Assembly (NCBI GenBank): GCA_023228145.1
Contig: JALOBU010000005.1
Location: 5,573 to 69,572 of the forward strand
Source: Bacteroidales bacterium
GTDB lineage: Bacteria; Bacteroidota; Bacteroidia; Bacteroidales; CAIWKO01
Length of the DNA: 64,000 nt
Direction of reading: 5' to 3'
A program made the translations under genes and the position numbers. Under the pieces are notes generated by a model. The model saw nothing but the letters and a program-made list of their open reading frames with translations. It had not been told where the DNA came from and searched no databases. Positions within the stretch are counted from its first letter, which is position 1; each line of letters opens with the position of its first letter. Positions 30,245 through 39,340 of this stretch are shown piece after piece.

Positions 30245-31111
30245 ATGAGGCAATTAAAGATAACAAAATCAATCACAAACAGGGAAACGGCTTCCCTTGA
30301 CAAATATTTGCAGGAAATTGGCCGTGAAGAACTTATCACAGCCGATGAAGAAGTGAAGCTGACTCAGCAGATAAAGGCAGGAAATCAGGAAGCACTTGAA
30401 AAGTTGACTAAAGCCAATCTGCGTTTCGTTGTTTCTGTTGCGAAACAATATCAAAATCAGGGCTTGAGCCTTCCCGACCTTATTAATGAAGGTAATCTTG
30501 GACTGATAAAAGCCGCCAAACGTTTTGATGAAACCAGAGGCTTTAAATTTATCTCTTATGCCGTTTGGTGGATACGCCAATCCATTTTGCAGGCGCTTGC
30601 AGAACAATCCAGAATTGTCCGCTTGCCTCTGAATCAGGTTGGATCCTTAAATCGTATTTCCAAAGAATTATCACGCCTCGAACAAAAATTTGAACGTCCT
30701 CCCCTTCCCGATGAACTTGCTGAATCTTTAGATATTCCTCAGGAGAAAATAAATGCGGTAATGAAAATCTCCACCAGGCATGTTTCCATGGATGCTCCCT
30801 TAGCTCAGGACGAAGAAACCAAGTTCATAGATGTTTATATGAACGAAGACGGCCCAACTACAGATAATAACCTTATGTACGAATCTTTATCAAGAGAGAT
30901 ACAGCGTTCTTTATCCACACTTACGGATAAAGAAAGGGATGTCATTAACCTGTATTTTGGCCTTGGCATGAACCACGGGCTTACTCTTGAAGAAATTGCC
31001 GTAAAATTTGACCTGACACGTGAACGCGTTAGGCAGATTAAAGAAAAAGCCATCAGAAGATTGAAGCACACCTCACGAAGTAAATTGTTAAAAGCGTATT
31101 TAGGACAGTAA
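30245..31111 (+). CDS. rpoD: Primary RNA polymerase sigma factor (short Bacteroidota-type RpoD/SigA)
   Basis: 288 aa. Region 2 is [53 protein letters not shown]. Region 4 is [29 protein letters not shown]. Region 1.1 is absent, as is typical for Bacteroidota. Confidence 0.93.
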   Translation: MRQLKITKSITNRETASLDKYLQEIGREELITADEEVKLTQQIKAGNQEALEKLTKANLRFVVSVAKQYQNQGLSLPDLINEGNLGLIKAAKRFDETRGFKFISYAVWWIRQSILQALAEQSRIVRLPLNQVGSLNRISKELSRLEQKFERPPLPDELAESLDIPQEKINAVMKISTRHVSMDAPLAQDEETKFIDVYMNEDGPTTDNNLMYESLSREIQRSLSTLTDKERDVINLYFGLGMNHGLTLEEIAVKFDLTRERVRQIKEKAIRRLKHTSRSKLLKAYLGQ

Positions 31112-31121
31112 AATTTACCTT

Positions 31122-31784
31122 TTAATCTTTGTAACGGGCAATAGGAGTTATTCCTCCGCGGACTTTATCCTTAATTTTTACCAATATCTCGGTATCCAAA
31201 GGTAAAAGAATATCCACACGGGATCCAAATTTTATAAACCCCAGTTGGTCACACTGCATTGCTTGCATTTTTTCTTCTGCATAACATATGATACGCCTTG
31301 CCACAAAGCCGGCAATTTGTCTGACCAGAATCGGTGACCGCCCCTCGGGTTTTATGATGGTGGTTGTTTGCTCGTTCATATATGAAGACTTTGGTTTTCG
31401 GGCAACAAAATACCTTCCATAATAATCTTCTGTTTTAATGACTTTCCCGCTAACAGGGAACCAATTAACATGCACATTATTTAGCGACATAAAAACCGAA
31501 ACCTGAATGCGTTTTTCATTCAGATATTTTTCTTCATTAATTTCTTCAATAGCAACAACCACGCCGTCAGCGCCGGAAAAAATAATCTTATCATCTAAAA
31601 CAAAATCCCGCGAAGGCTCTCTAAAAAAACGTATGATAATAATGAGCCAGATAAACGTAAAAGCAAGCATCAGTATATCAAACAAAAGATAATCCTGAAA
31701 AAATAAAAATAAGGGGATATTTATAGCGAAAAATATCAGAATAAAAATCAGTATGATAACCTTACCTTCTTTGTGTATTTTCAT
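31122..31784 (-). CDS. psd: Phosphatidylserine decarboxylase proenzyme
   Basis: 220 aa with N-terminal TM helices. The self-cleavage region is FIKFGSRVDILLP. It overlaps the cdsA stop by 4 nt. Confidence 0.9.
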   Translation of the reverse strand: MKIHKEGKVIILIFILIFFAINIPLFLFFQDYLLFDILMLAFTFIWLIIIIRFFREPSRDFVLDDKIIFSGADGVVVAIEEINEEKYLNEKRIQVSVFMSLNNVHVNWFPVSGKVIKTEDYYGRYFVARKPKSSYMNEQTTTIIKPEGRSPILVRQIAGFVARRIICYAEEKMQAMQCDQLGFIKFGSRVDILLPLDTEILVKIKDKVRGGITPIARYKD

Positions 31785-32611
31785 AGGCTGTTAGCAATAA
31801 AAATATAAATGTATAAAAAAACAAAAGGAGCTGCAAACAAAATGCTGTCGAAACGGTCGAGCATGCCGCCATGACCGGGCAATAAACTGCCGGAATCTTT
31901 TACCTGACAACTACGTTTAAACAAAGATTCTGCGAGGTCGCCAAAAGTTCCGGCTAAAATAATGAGCATTGCTATTGCAAGCCAGTGGCAGAACAGAAAA
32001 TCTTTAAACACCATAGAAAGGATAAATGCTGTAATTATCCCAAATAAAACAGCCCCAATAATTCCTTCCCATGTTTTTTTAGGAGAAATGCGTTGAAACA
32101 ACAAATGTTTTCCAAATAAGTTGCCCGCAACATAAGCTGCTGTTTCTGTGACCCAGGTAATGATAAAAAAGCCCAGCAGAAGCTGTACCCTGAATTCACC
32201 AGTTATCTGAAAAGGACTGTAAAAAAAGTTAAGCAGTGATAAGGGCAGGGCAATATAATACACGCCAAGTAATGTTATGGCAATGTTAGTGAAAGGGGTT
32301 TCATGTTTGCGGTACATCTCTGCAACAAATATTAAACAAGCCAGAGGGATATTTAACAGAACCAATCCAAAACCTGAAATATTATGTGCATATAAAGCTA
32401 CGCTTAAAAATAAAAATGCCCCTAAAATAAATCCTGCAATTTTTTGTGGTTTGATGTTGTCAGAATGTATTAAAAAATAAAATTCATGCTGGCACAACAT
32501 GGTAACAAGCAAAAAAACCAACATGAATGAATATATACTCCAGCAAACCGATGCAATAACGATACTTATAAATATCAGGCCGGTAATTGTACGTATGATA
32601 ACTTTTTTCAC
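31781..32611 (-). CDS. cdsA: Phosphatidate cytidylyltransferase
   Basis: 276 aa, polytopic. The CTP-transferase signature is SLFKRSCQVKDSGSLLPGHGGMLDRFDS. Confidence 0.92.
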   Translation of the reverse strand: MKKVIIRTITGLIFISIVIASVCWSIYSFMLVFLLVTMLCQHEFYFLIHSDNIKPQKIAGFILGAFLFLSVALYAHNISGFGLVLLNIPLACLIFVAEMYRKHETPFTNIAITLLGVYYIALPLSLLNFFYSPFQITGEFRVQLLLGFFIITWVTETAAYVAGNLFGKHLLFQRISPKKTWEGIIGAVLFGIITAFILSMVFKDFLFCHWLAIAMLIILAGTFGDLAESLFKRSCQVKDSGSLLPGHGGMLDRFDSILFAAPFVFLYIYIFIANSL

Positions 32612-32811
32612 AGATTAAAATTATGAATCAGTGATTTGGCTTTAATCACATTATCCTGCAAAACATATAATTCAAATTCGCCAAAAAGGTATATAGAATC
32701 CTGTTTATTGACAATAAGTGCTTCAATTTCATTTTCCAGAAGCATTCCTTTAATAATTTCAACCTCATAAGACTTATTACTCTCATAAATATTTACCCAG
32801 TCACTTCCCAT
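32608..32811 (-). CDS. DUF2007-like small protein (putative signal-transducing fold)
   Basis: 67 aa. The pattern W..IYES....EVEIIKGMLLENEI.A is consistent with DUF2007. It is translationally coupled to cdsA by a 4-nt overlap. Confidence 0.55.
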   Translation of the reverse strand: MGSDWVNIYESNKSYEVEIIKGMLLENEIEALIVNKQDSIYLFGEFELYVLQDNVIKAKSLIHNFNL

Positions 32812-32816
32812 TTTTT

Positions 32817-33467
32817 TTATTCGAATGTATTATCATCTATTAAGAAAAGAAACAGTTCTCTCGGGCCGTGTGCTCCCATAACCAGAGTTTTTTCTATATC
32901 GGCAGTGCGGCTGGGGCCTGATATGACAGAAATCAGGGATGGCAAATTGTCTTTATATTTTTCTGTTATACCTGACAAAGCGTCGGGGAGGTCGGCAACT
33001 ATCTGAGAAGAATAGGCCACTACAATGTGAGTGTCGGGATAAACAATAAGGCGGCGCCCCGAGGCCTGTGCCGATGAAACCATAATGCTTCCCAGCCTTG
33101 CTATGAGAAATTCGCAGAAAGTAATCCCCTGTTCAGCTTCTGTAATTGTATTCACATCCTGATGAAATGGCACACTGGCAACAGTAAGCATCTGCTTGAT
33201 AATTTCCTCAAAGCAGTAAAGCTGATGCCATTTGTACTCTTCAGCAAAAGCTTTGATGTTATAAAAAAACTCTTTTTCATCAGCACAATAGACAAACTTA
33301 CCGGCTATCGCAGTGAAAGCTTTAGCGAAAGCTACATCAAGCGGTGCTTCCGGTTGCTTAAATACCTGAGAAGAAAAATCAATTTCGCTGTAAGGGCATT
33401 CCGCTTTGTGGATGCCGGCATTTCGTACATTCTTCAATACTTTTTCCCTTGAGGTATATTCTTCCAT
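32817..33467 (-). CDS. LUD-domain protein (LutC/YkgG family)
   Basis: 216 aa. The C-terminal pattern is VISGPSRTADIEKTLVMGAHGPRELFLFLID. Confidence 0.75.
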   Translation of the reverse strand: MEEYTSREKVLKNVRNAGIHKAECPYSEIDFSSQVFKQPEAPLDVAFAKAFTAIAGKFVYCADEKEFFYNIKAFAEEYKWHQLYCFEEIIKQMLTVASVPFHQDVNTITEAEQGITFCEFLIARLGSIMVSSAQASGRRLIVYPDTHIVVAYSSQIVADLPDALSGITEKYKDNLPSLISVISGPSRTADIEKTLVMGAHGPRELFLFLIDDNTFE

Positions 33468-33484
33468 AGGTGGGGCTTTAACGG

Positions 33485-35779
33485 TTACTGGTTTTCTTCC
33501 CTTGCTTCGTTTTCCGATGTCAATTCCTTATCTTCATTTGCATTTGCTTTTGCTTCTGTTTCTATTTTTATTTCGGGTTTTATTTCTGTGTCTCTTGCTT
33601 CCTGAAATAATGATTCAGGTGGCTGCAAATCTTCATTTTCGGGTTCCTGAAATATTTTTGGTTCAGAATTTACATTTTTGGGGGGTCTTGGTTTTCGTTT
33701 TGCCTTAGGGGTTTTTGCCTCCTGTTCTGTAGATTTTCTTTTTAATGTAAATTCAATGTCTCTGGCAATATCGTCAATATTGTGGCGGTCGGTAAATTTT
33801 CGTTTTCCGAAAATATGCTCCACATCTTCGCGGAATATCACTTCTTTTTCAAGCAGGAGGTTGGCCAGGGCCTTCACCTTTGGTTTATTGTCCCTGATTA
33901 TCTTTTTTGCTCTTTCATATACGGTTTCCACTATTTTTCGGACCTCTTCGTCAATTGTTTGCGCCGTTGTTTCGCTATATGGTTTTGTAAGTGCATATTC
34001 CTGCTGCCCTGAGGAATCATAAAAACTCAGGTTGCCGATTTTTTTATTTAAGCCGTAATACATAACCATGGCGTATGCCTGTTTTGTAACGCGCTCCAGG
34101 TCGTTAAGAGCTCCTGTGGATACTTTTCCGAAATTTATTTCTTCCGAAGCCCTGCCTCCCATGATGGCACAAAGCTCGTCGCACATCTGTTCCGCAGTGG
34201 TAATTTGCCTTTCTTCGGGAAGATACCATGCGGCGCCTAAGGCTTTTCCCCGAGGAATAATAGTAACTTTTACCAAGGGCGCCGCATGCTCAACCAGCCA
34301 GCTGATGGACGCATGCCCTGCTTCGTGATAGGCTATCACCTTTTTTTCTTCTGAGGATATAATTTTGCTGCGCTTTTCCAGCCCCCCTACGATACGGTCA
34401 ATGGCATCAAGAAAGTCCTGTTTGTCAATAGTTTTCTTTTCTTTGCGGGCGGCTATCAATGCCGATTCGTTGCATACATTGGCAATGTCAGCGCCCGAAA
34501 AACCCGGTGTCTGGCGTGAAAGAAAATCAACATCTATTTCCGGAGAAAGCTTCAGAGGTTTCATATGAACCTTAAATATCGCTTTCCGTTCTTCCAGGTC
34601 CGGCAATTCAACATGTATCTGTCTGTCGAAACGCCCTGCCCTCAAAAGGGCGCGGTCAAGTATGTCGGCACGGTTGGTAGCGGCAAGAATAATAACTCCG
34701 GCATTGCTCGAAAAGCCATCCATTTCAGTTAATAACTGATTCAAAGTATTTTCTCTTTCGTCGTTGGCTCCCGTCATAGGATTTTTACCTCTTGCACGGC
34801 CTATGGCATCTATTTCGTCAATAAACACAATACAGGGAGCTTTTTCTTTGGCGGTTTTAAAAAGGTCGCGCACACGCGAGGCACCTACGCCAACAAACAT
34901 TTCCACAAAGTCGGAACCTGACAATGAGAAAAAAGGTACTTTTGCTTCACCGGCAACGGCTTTTGCAAGCAAAGTCTTGCCTGTTCCCGGAGGACCCACT
35001 AACAAAGCTCCTTTAGGAATTTTTCCACCAAGCTGTGTATATTTTTTGGGGTCTTTAAGAAACTCCACTATCTCCATAATCTCTACTTTGGCCTCCTCAA
35101 GTCCGGCAACGTCATTGAAAGTTATCGAACTACTGGTGTTTTTATCAAAAAGCTGTGCTTTGGACTTGCCCACATTGAATATCTGCGAGCCCCCGGTACC
35201 TCTGCCCATCATTCGCATAATAACAAACCACACAACTATCAATATCATAATGGGTATTACCCAACCCAGAATATCTCCGCCCCAATTGCGGCGTGTTTCG
35301 GGTATGATATCTACAGGTATGCGGGTCATAATAATGGTTTTCTCTTCTGCAGTTTTACCAATGGTGTCGTTCAGCATTATTGTTTTTTCCACTTCCCGCA
35401 CCTTGCTTTCAAAATTATCAGGTGACAATATCTCAAATATATAATGCGGCCCCTTGTTGGAAGAACTGCTGCCAAAGCCTTTTTTACTGGCTACTTCTTT
35501 AAAAGCCGTATCACTTGCTAGGGCTTCCTTTGTGATATAAATTTCAGCTTTTTCTTTATTTACAACAACAACTTTTTCAACCTGCATCTTCTCGAGGTAT
35601 GAAACAAACTTATTCCACGTGGTTTCCTTTACGCCACCGCTTCCCGAAAAGAAAAAATTCATTCCAATAAAAACTATTGCGAGCAAGGCATATATCCAGT
35701 AAAAGCTGAATTTCTTTTTCCCTCCCGGTTTATTGGAAAACATAGTGTTTTTCTTATCCTGATTCTGTTCGTTAGCCAT
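33485..35779 (-). CDS. ftsH: ATP-dependent zinc metalloprotease FtsH with long charged C-terminal tail
   Basis: 764 aa with two TM helices. AAA+ motifs are Walker A GPPGTGKT and Walker [10 protein letters not shown], plus the SRH. The M41 zinc motif is HEAGHA. The last ~110 aa are a K/E/P-rich low-complexity tail. Confidence 0.97.
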   Translation of the reverse strand: MANEQNQDKKNTMFSNKPGGKKKFSFYWIYALLAIVFIGMNFFFSGSGGVKETTWNKFVSYLEKMQVEKVVVVNKEKAEIYITKEALASDTAFKEVASKKGFGSSSSNKGPHYIFEILSPDNFESKVREVEKTIMLNDTIGKTAEEKTIIMTRIPVDIIPETRRNWGGDILGWVIPIMILIVVWFVIMRMMGRGTGGSQIFNVGKSKAQLFDKNTSSSITFNDVAGLEEAKVEIMEIVEFLKDPKKYTQLGGKIPKGALLVGPPGTGKTLLAKAVAGEAKVPFFSLSGSDFVEMFVGVGASRVRDLFKTAKEKAPCIVFIDEIDAIGRARGKNPMTGANDERENTLNQLLTEMDGFSSNAGVIILAATNRADILDRALLRAGRFDRQIHVELPDLEERKAIFKVHMKPLKLSPEIDVDFLSRQTPGFSGADIANVCNESALIAARKEKKTIDKQDFLDAIDRIVGGLEKRSKIISSEEKKVIAYHEAGHASISWLVEHAAPLVKVTIIPRGKALGAAWYLPEERQITTAEQMCDELCAIMGGRASEEINFGKVSTGALNDLERVTKQAYAMVMYYGLNKKIGNLSFYDSSGQQEYALTKPYSETTAQTIDEEVRKIVETVYERAKKIIRDNKPKVKALANLLLEKEVIFREDVEHIFGKRKFTDRHNIDDIARDIEFTLKRKSTEQEAKTPKAKRKPRPPKNVNSEPKIFQEPENEDLQPPESLFQEARDTEIKPEIKIETEAKANANEDKELTSENEAREENQ

Positions 35780-35797
35780 GTTGTATCTCTCTGTTTT

Positions 35798-36175
35798 TTA
35801 TTTTTCCGATTCAATATAATTCAACTTTGCGTCTGCCCATAATTCTTCGAGTTTAAAGAACTGCCTGGTTTTATCCTGAAAAATGTGAGCCACCACATCC
35901 ACATAATCGAGCAATATCCACTCGGCATTTTGAAAACCCTCGCGGTGTGAAGGTTTCTGTCCCATTTCTTTCCGCACTTTTGCTTCCACGGCATCGGCAA
36001 TAGCTTCGGCCTGCACACGAGATGTACCGTGGCAAATAACGAAATGCGAAAAGAAAGTATTATGCAGGTTCGAGAAGTCAATGCATACCACATTTCTGCC
36101 TTTTTTTTCGGCCATTTCTTCAGCTATGATATTGGCAAGACGCTCATCTTCCGTTTGTTTTCTCTTTCTTGGCAT
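35798..36175 (-). CDS. rsfS: Ribosome silencing factor RsfS
   Basis: Conserved RsfS core: DYFVICHGTS..Q..AIAD.V......G......EG....EWILLDY.DVV.HIF. The ORF-track start at 36199 is a TTG codon; I place the start at the ATG at 36175 (MPRKRKQ). Confidence 0.9.
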   Translation of the reverse strand: MPRKRKQTEDERLANIIAEEMAEKKGRNVVCIDFSNLHNTFFSHFVICHGTSRVQAEAIADAVEAKVRKEMGQKPSHREGFQNAEWILLDYVDVVAHIFQDKTRQFFKLEELWADAKLNYIESEK

Positions 36176-36188
36176 CAGCAAATTTTTG

Positions 36189-36196
36189 TAAATTTG
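36189..36196 (+). promoter_or_regulatory. TAnnTTTG -7 box for birA
   Basis: taaatttg at 36189-36196 lies ~80 nt upstream of the birA ATG. Confidence 0.4.
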
Positions 36197-36204
36197 CAAA
36201 GTTA
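36197..36204 (-). promoter_or_regulatory. TAnnTTTG -7 box for rsfS-ftsH (minus strand)
   Basis: caaagtta on the + strand reads taactttg on the - strand. It lies 22 nt upstream of the rsfS ATG and abuts the birA box, forming the near-palindrome taaatttgcaaagtta. Confidence 0.45.
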
Positions 36205-36275
36205 CTTATTTTTATCAATATTTGTTAATAAATTAATAGTACAAAGAGACTTGTGCAAAATTCCGGCACACAAAA

Positions 36276-37013
36276 ATGAAAATAATCTTCCTTGAAGAAA
36301 CCGACTCGACAAACAATCATGCCGAGAAGCTTATTGAGAGTGGTGCTGTTAACGAGCCATTATGTATTATAACAAACAACCAGATTTCCGGCAAGGGCCA
36401 GGGTAAAAATGTCTGGTTGTCGGAACCGGGTAAAAACCTCACATTCAGCATTGTTTGCTTCCCTGATTTTTTACCTGCAACTCAGCAGTTCTACCTTAAC
36501 AAAGCCGTAGCATTATCCGCACTTGACCTGTTAAGAAAAATGCTTCCCATGCAGAGTATCAGTATCAAATGGCCCAATGATATATTTATTGAAAACAAGA
36601 AAGCTGCGGGAATACTCATAAAGCTGTGCGTTCAGGAAAACCTTATTAAATACGCCATAATCGGTATCGGCATGAACGTGAACCAGCAACAGTTCCCTTC
36701 GGAACTGAGTTCAGCGGTTTCGTTGATAAACTACCTGAACAGAGAAACCAATCTCAAAGAAGCTCTTGAAAAATTTCTTACACTTTTTGATGTGCGTTAC
36801 AGCCAACTTAGGCAGGGCAAAAAAGCGCCCGTTGACAATGATTACAGAAATGCTTTATACAAACTGGGGAGAACAAACTTGTTTGAATATGACGGGAAAC
36901 AAGTACATGCAAAGCTCAAGGGTGTGAACGAATACGGATGGATACAGCTTGAAACAGCGGATGGAGAACTTATTGAAGGTGATATGAACCGGGTGAAAAT
37001 GATTTTGGACTAA
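36276..37013 (+). CDS. birA: Biotin--[acetyl-CoA-carboxylase] ligase (group I, no HTH domain)
   Basis: 245 aa. The biotin-binding loop variant is ISGKGQGKNVW, followed by KWPNDIF...KKAAGILI. Confidence 0.88.
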   Translation: MKIIFLEETDSTNNHAEKLIESGAVNEPLCIITNNQISGKGQGKNVWLSEPGKNLTFSIVCFPDFLPATQQFYLNKAVALSALDLLRKMLPMQSISIKWPNDIFIENKKAAGILIKLCVQENLIKYAIIGIGMNVNQQQFPSELSSAVSLINYLNRETNLKEALEKFLTLFDVRYSQLRQGKKAPVDNDYRNALYKLGRTNLFEYDGKQVHAKLKGVNEYGWIQLETADGELIEGDMNRVKMILD

Positions 37014-37038
37014 CGGGCCGTTGCCCTATTGCACGCGT

Positions 37039-37060
37039 TGCGAACGCGCGCGTACTGGGG
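37039..37060. repeat. Left copy of 22-bp direct repeat flanking the FISUMP cassette
   Basis: tgcgaacGcgcgcgtactgggg matches 40243-40264 at 21 of 22 positions. Confidence 0.85.
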
Positions 37061-37075
37061 GTTATGCACCGTAAA

Positions 37076-37993
37076 TTATTCTTTTATTATCTTTTTCTGC
37101 AATGTCCTGTCATTACATGAAAATATAATAATGTACATGCCTTTCTTCAAAGTGCTAATGTCTAATTCTTGCTTATTATTGTATAAAACGCCTTGAAGTA
37201 TTAGTTTTCCATCAATACTATAAATATAAAAGTTTTGGTTTTGTTTACCAACAGCGTCAATTGTAATTTTATCAACAGCTGGATTTGGATATATGTCTAT
37301 TTCTTTAATAAGTTCATAATCATTTATATTGCTTGTCAGAGTATCACAAACACATCTAATGCTTAAACCATTAGTCCAACTATGAGATACTCTATATACA
37401 GTTGCTGTAAAGTACAATATATTGTAACCCCAAGCAGTAGTTGGATACGCTATAGTTGATGTCCAGAAATCAGCTTCATAATTAATTCCAACGAATTCAC
37501 CTCCTGCAAATTCACGAAAACCACCGGGTAATGCAGTAAATTCGCTTTCATTTGTTGCATAGTTTGGGCTCATCCAATGGGATGTGCCAGCTTCTCTTAA
37601 TTTTGTGCCAGCTACACTTTCGCCACCTAGATATCCAATAAGCGTAACCCAGTCAGCATCGGTTGGTACATGCCAGCCTGTCGGACAAATTTTATAGGTA
37701 GTTACAGCATACCAGTTGTATAATCCACCATACGTGGCATTAAATGTCGTAGAATCATTGTTATAATATGAATATGCAGGTGTTGTAAGATTAATCCAAA
37801 CGGAATCAACTGTAACATTTGGTATTGGAGACCCATCGTTGAATGTTATTGTCTTGAGGTTTGAACCTAACCAAACCTGTGTGCCTATAATAACTTTGTT
37901 GTAAACATTACCATCAATGTCTGTTACCGTCTGACAAAAAACATGAATTGTCAGGAATGTTGCTACTACAAATAGAAAGATTTTTGTTCTCAT
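37076..37993 (-). CDS. FISUMP (Fibrobacter succinogenes major paralogous) domain protein with T9SS C-terminal domain
   Basis: 305 aa with a signal peptide. The FISUMP signature is DIDGNVYNKVIIGTQVWLGSNLK ... YGGLYNWYA ... CPTGWHVPTDADW..L ... FTALPGG.R ... SIRCV. A Por_Secre_tail follows (IYPNPAVDKITIDA ... GMYIIIF). Confidence 0.88.
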   Translation of the reverse strand: MRTKIFLFVVATFLTIHVFCQTVTDIDGNVYNKVIIGTQVWLGSNLKTITFNDGSPIPNVTVDSVWINLTTPAYSYYNNDSTTFNATYGGLYNWYAVTTYKICPTGWHVPTDADWVTLIGYLGGESVAGTKLREAGTSHWMSPNYATNESEFTALPGGFREFAGGEFVGINYEADFWTSTIAYPTTAWGYNILYFTATVYRVSHSWTNGLSIRCVCDTLTSNINDYELIKEIDIYPNPAVDKITIDAVGKQNQNFYIYSIDGKLILQGVLYNNKQELDISTLKKGMYIIIFSCNDRTLQKKIIKE

Positions 37994-38027
37994 GGTATTT
38001 TTCTTTTTTTATGGTGCATAACGGACA

Positions 38028-38136
38028 TGTGCTGCTGCATGGCGGGGCGTCAAACGGGCGTGTCCGGCGGACACTGCACGTTTTGATGTCCCGCTTAAGT
38101 GTCCGGCAGGACAGTTTTCCCGCTGGCAGCAGCACA
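38028..38136. other. GC-rich, highly structured ~109-nt intergenic element (structured RNA, terminator or REP/MITE-like)
   Basis: The outer stem is tgtgctgctgc (38028-38038) / gcagcagcaca (38126-38136), extended by gcggg (38042-46) / cccgc (38119-23). Two inner hairpins share the core gtgtccggc.ggaca: gtgtcc-ggc-ggacac (38060-38074) and tgtcc-ggca-ggaca (38100-38113). The strand is undetermined. Confidence 0.6.
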
Positions 38137-38160
38137 AAGTTAGCGTTTCGTTGGTTTTTA

Positions 38161-38829
38161 TTAATCCTTAATACAACGTACAGATAATCCACTTCTCTTC
38201 CAGTCGACATTTTTGTATATATTGGCGTAATTATTGAGAATGATCATGTACCATGCTTTGTCTGTATTGTATTCAGTAGAACTCCACCAGTAGCCCTTCC
38301 ATTTAATGAGGGTGAAGATGCCACTAAATCGGTAACCTCCTGGAAGTGCTGTAAATCCGTATTCATCAGTAGCTCCGGTATTAGGACTTTCCCAATGTTT
38401 TAAACCACTTTCTTTCATCTTTCCACCGGCAATACTTAATCCTCCTAAAAAATCTATTAAGGTAATCCACTCAGCATCTGTGGGTATATGCCAGCCTTTT
38501 GGACAAAGTTTGTCTGATTTTACAGCCCACCAGTTGTAAAGTGCGCCATAAGTGTTTTTGTTGCTATTGGGATTGTTTTCATACCAGCAATAACCAGGTG
38601 TAGTTAAATAGACCCAGTCCGTATTATCGGTCACATAAGGTATTGCTGTACCATCGTTGAAATGAGTGGTTTTTAAGTTCTCAGTCATCCATGTTTGATT
38701 TCCGATTTTTACAGTTTTGTAAACATTACCATCAAAATCTTTAACTGATTGCTCAGTTTGTGCTTTAATTAATGAATTTCCTATCACAATAAAGCAAAGT
38801 ACAATTAACATTCCCTTTATATGTCTCAT
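38161..38829 (-). CDS. FISUMP-domain secreted protein
   Basis: 222 aa with a signal peptide. Motifs: DFDGNVYKTVKIGNQTWMTENLK, YGALYNWWA, CPKGWHIPTDAEW, FTALPGGYR, SVRCIKD. Confidence 0.88.
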   Translation of the reverse strand: MRHIKGMLIVLCFIVIGNSLIKAQTEQSVKDFDGNVYKTVKIGNQTWMTENLKTTHFNDGTAIPYVTDNTDWVYLTTPGYCWYENNPNSNKNTYGALYNWWAVKSDKLCPKGWHIPTDAEWITLIDFLGGLSIAGGKMKESGLKHWESPNTGATDEYGFTALPGGYRFSGIFTLIKWKGYWWSSTEYNTDKAWYMIILNNYANIYKNVDWKRSGLSVRCIKD

Positions 38830-39340
38830 TTTTTTCTTTTTAATGATTAATAATTATTATTTGAATTTTTCATTTGTCTGTTTCCTAATCCAATGAACGC
38901 TAACGCCTGTGTTAGCGTATTACGTTTATTTTTACTTTAGTTTACGGTTACGTTTATTCCATTTTAACATCTTAAATTACTTATTATTAGCACTTTAATT
39001 TTTTTAATATCCGTTTGCAATCATTTGTCCCATAGGGATGCCTTTGGCATAAGCGTTTGTAATCGTCTCAACAAATATAATAATTATTTGAATTGATATA
39101 AAACTCGGAAAGTTTTTCTCGGAAGTATTTTTTGCATCTTCCGCTTTTTGGCAGGCACAGAAAATACATTTTACCGATTGCACATTCAATATAGTCCAAT
39201 GTCGCCTTTTTCTTATTGGACTATTTTCATGTAGCATCGGCACTAACCATTGTAATTTATTTTTTGTCTTTTGACTAAAAAATAAATACAATTGGTATTA
39301 CTTAGCCAGGGCTAATGCCGACGCAAAGTAAAAAATGCGC

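Noticed and set aside
33678-35444. Long + strand ORFs (33678..34022, 33782..34012, 34068..34328, 34365..34568, 34764..35444) inside ftsH
   Set aside because: They are antisense to an unambiguous FtsH coding sequence. Their translations are low-complexity (S/P/A/I-rich) with no recognisable motifs. They are shadow ORFs.
36176-36199. Upstream extensions from non-ATG starts given by the ORF track (rsfS at 36199 TTG, pyrE at 41405 TTG, FkbH at 59251 GTG, rSAM paralog 2 at 59237, NUDIX at 41263)
   Set aside because: The extensions add residues that do not align with the paralog or family N-termini, or they run into the neighbouring gene or promoter box. Downstream ATGs give canonical N-termini.
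37914-38210. ORFs 37914..38210(-) and 37948..38187(+) spanning the intergenic GC-rich element
   Set aside because: Both read through a palindromic GC-rich structure, overlap the real gene ends, and encode Arg/Cys/Ser-rich nonsense. The region is better explained as structured non-coding DNA or RNA.
39004-39291. 95-aa ORF between two FISUMP genes
   Set aside because: It has no signal peptide, no recognisable motif, an odd composition and no TAnnTTTG box. The region contains a 10-bp-stem hairpin (atagtccaat/attggactat) and is more likely the leader or promoter region of gene 38161..38829. It is left unannotated.
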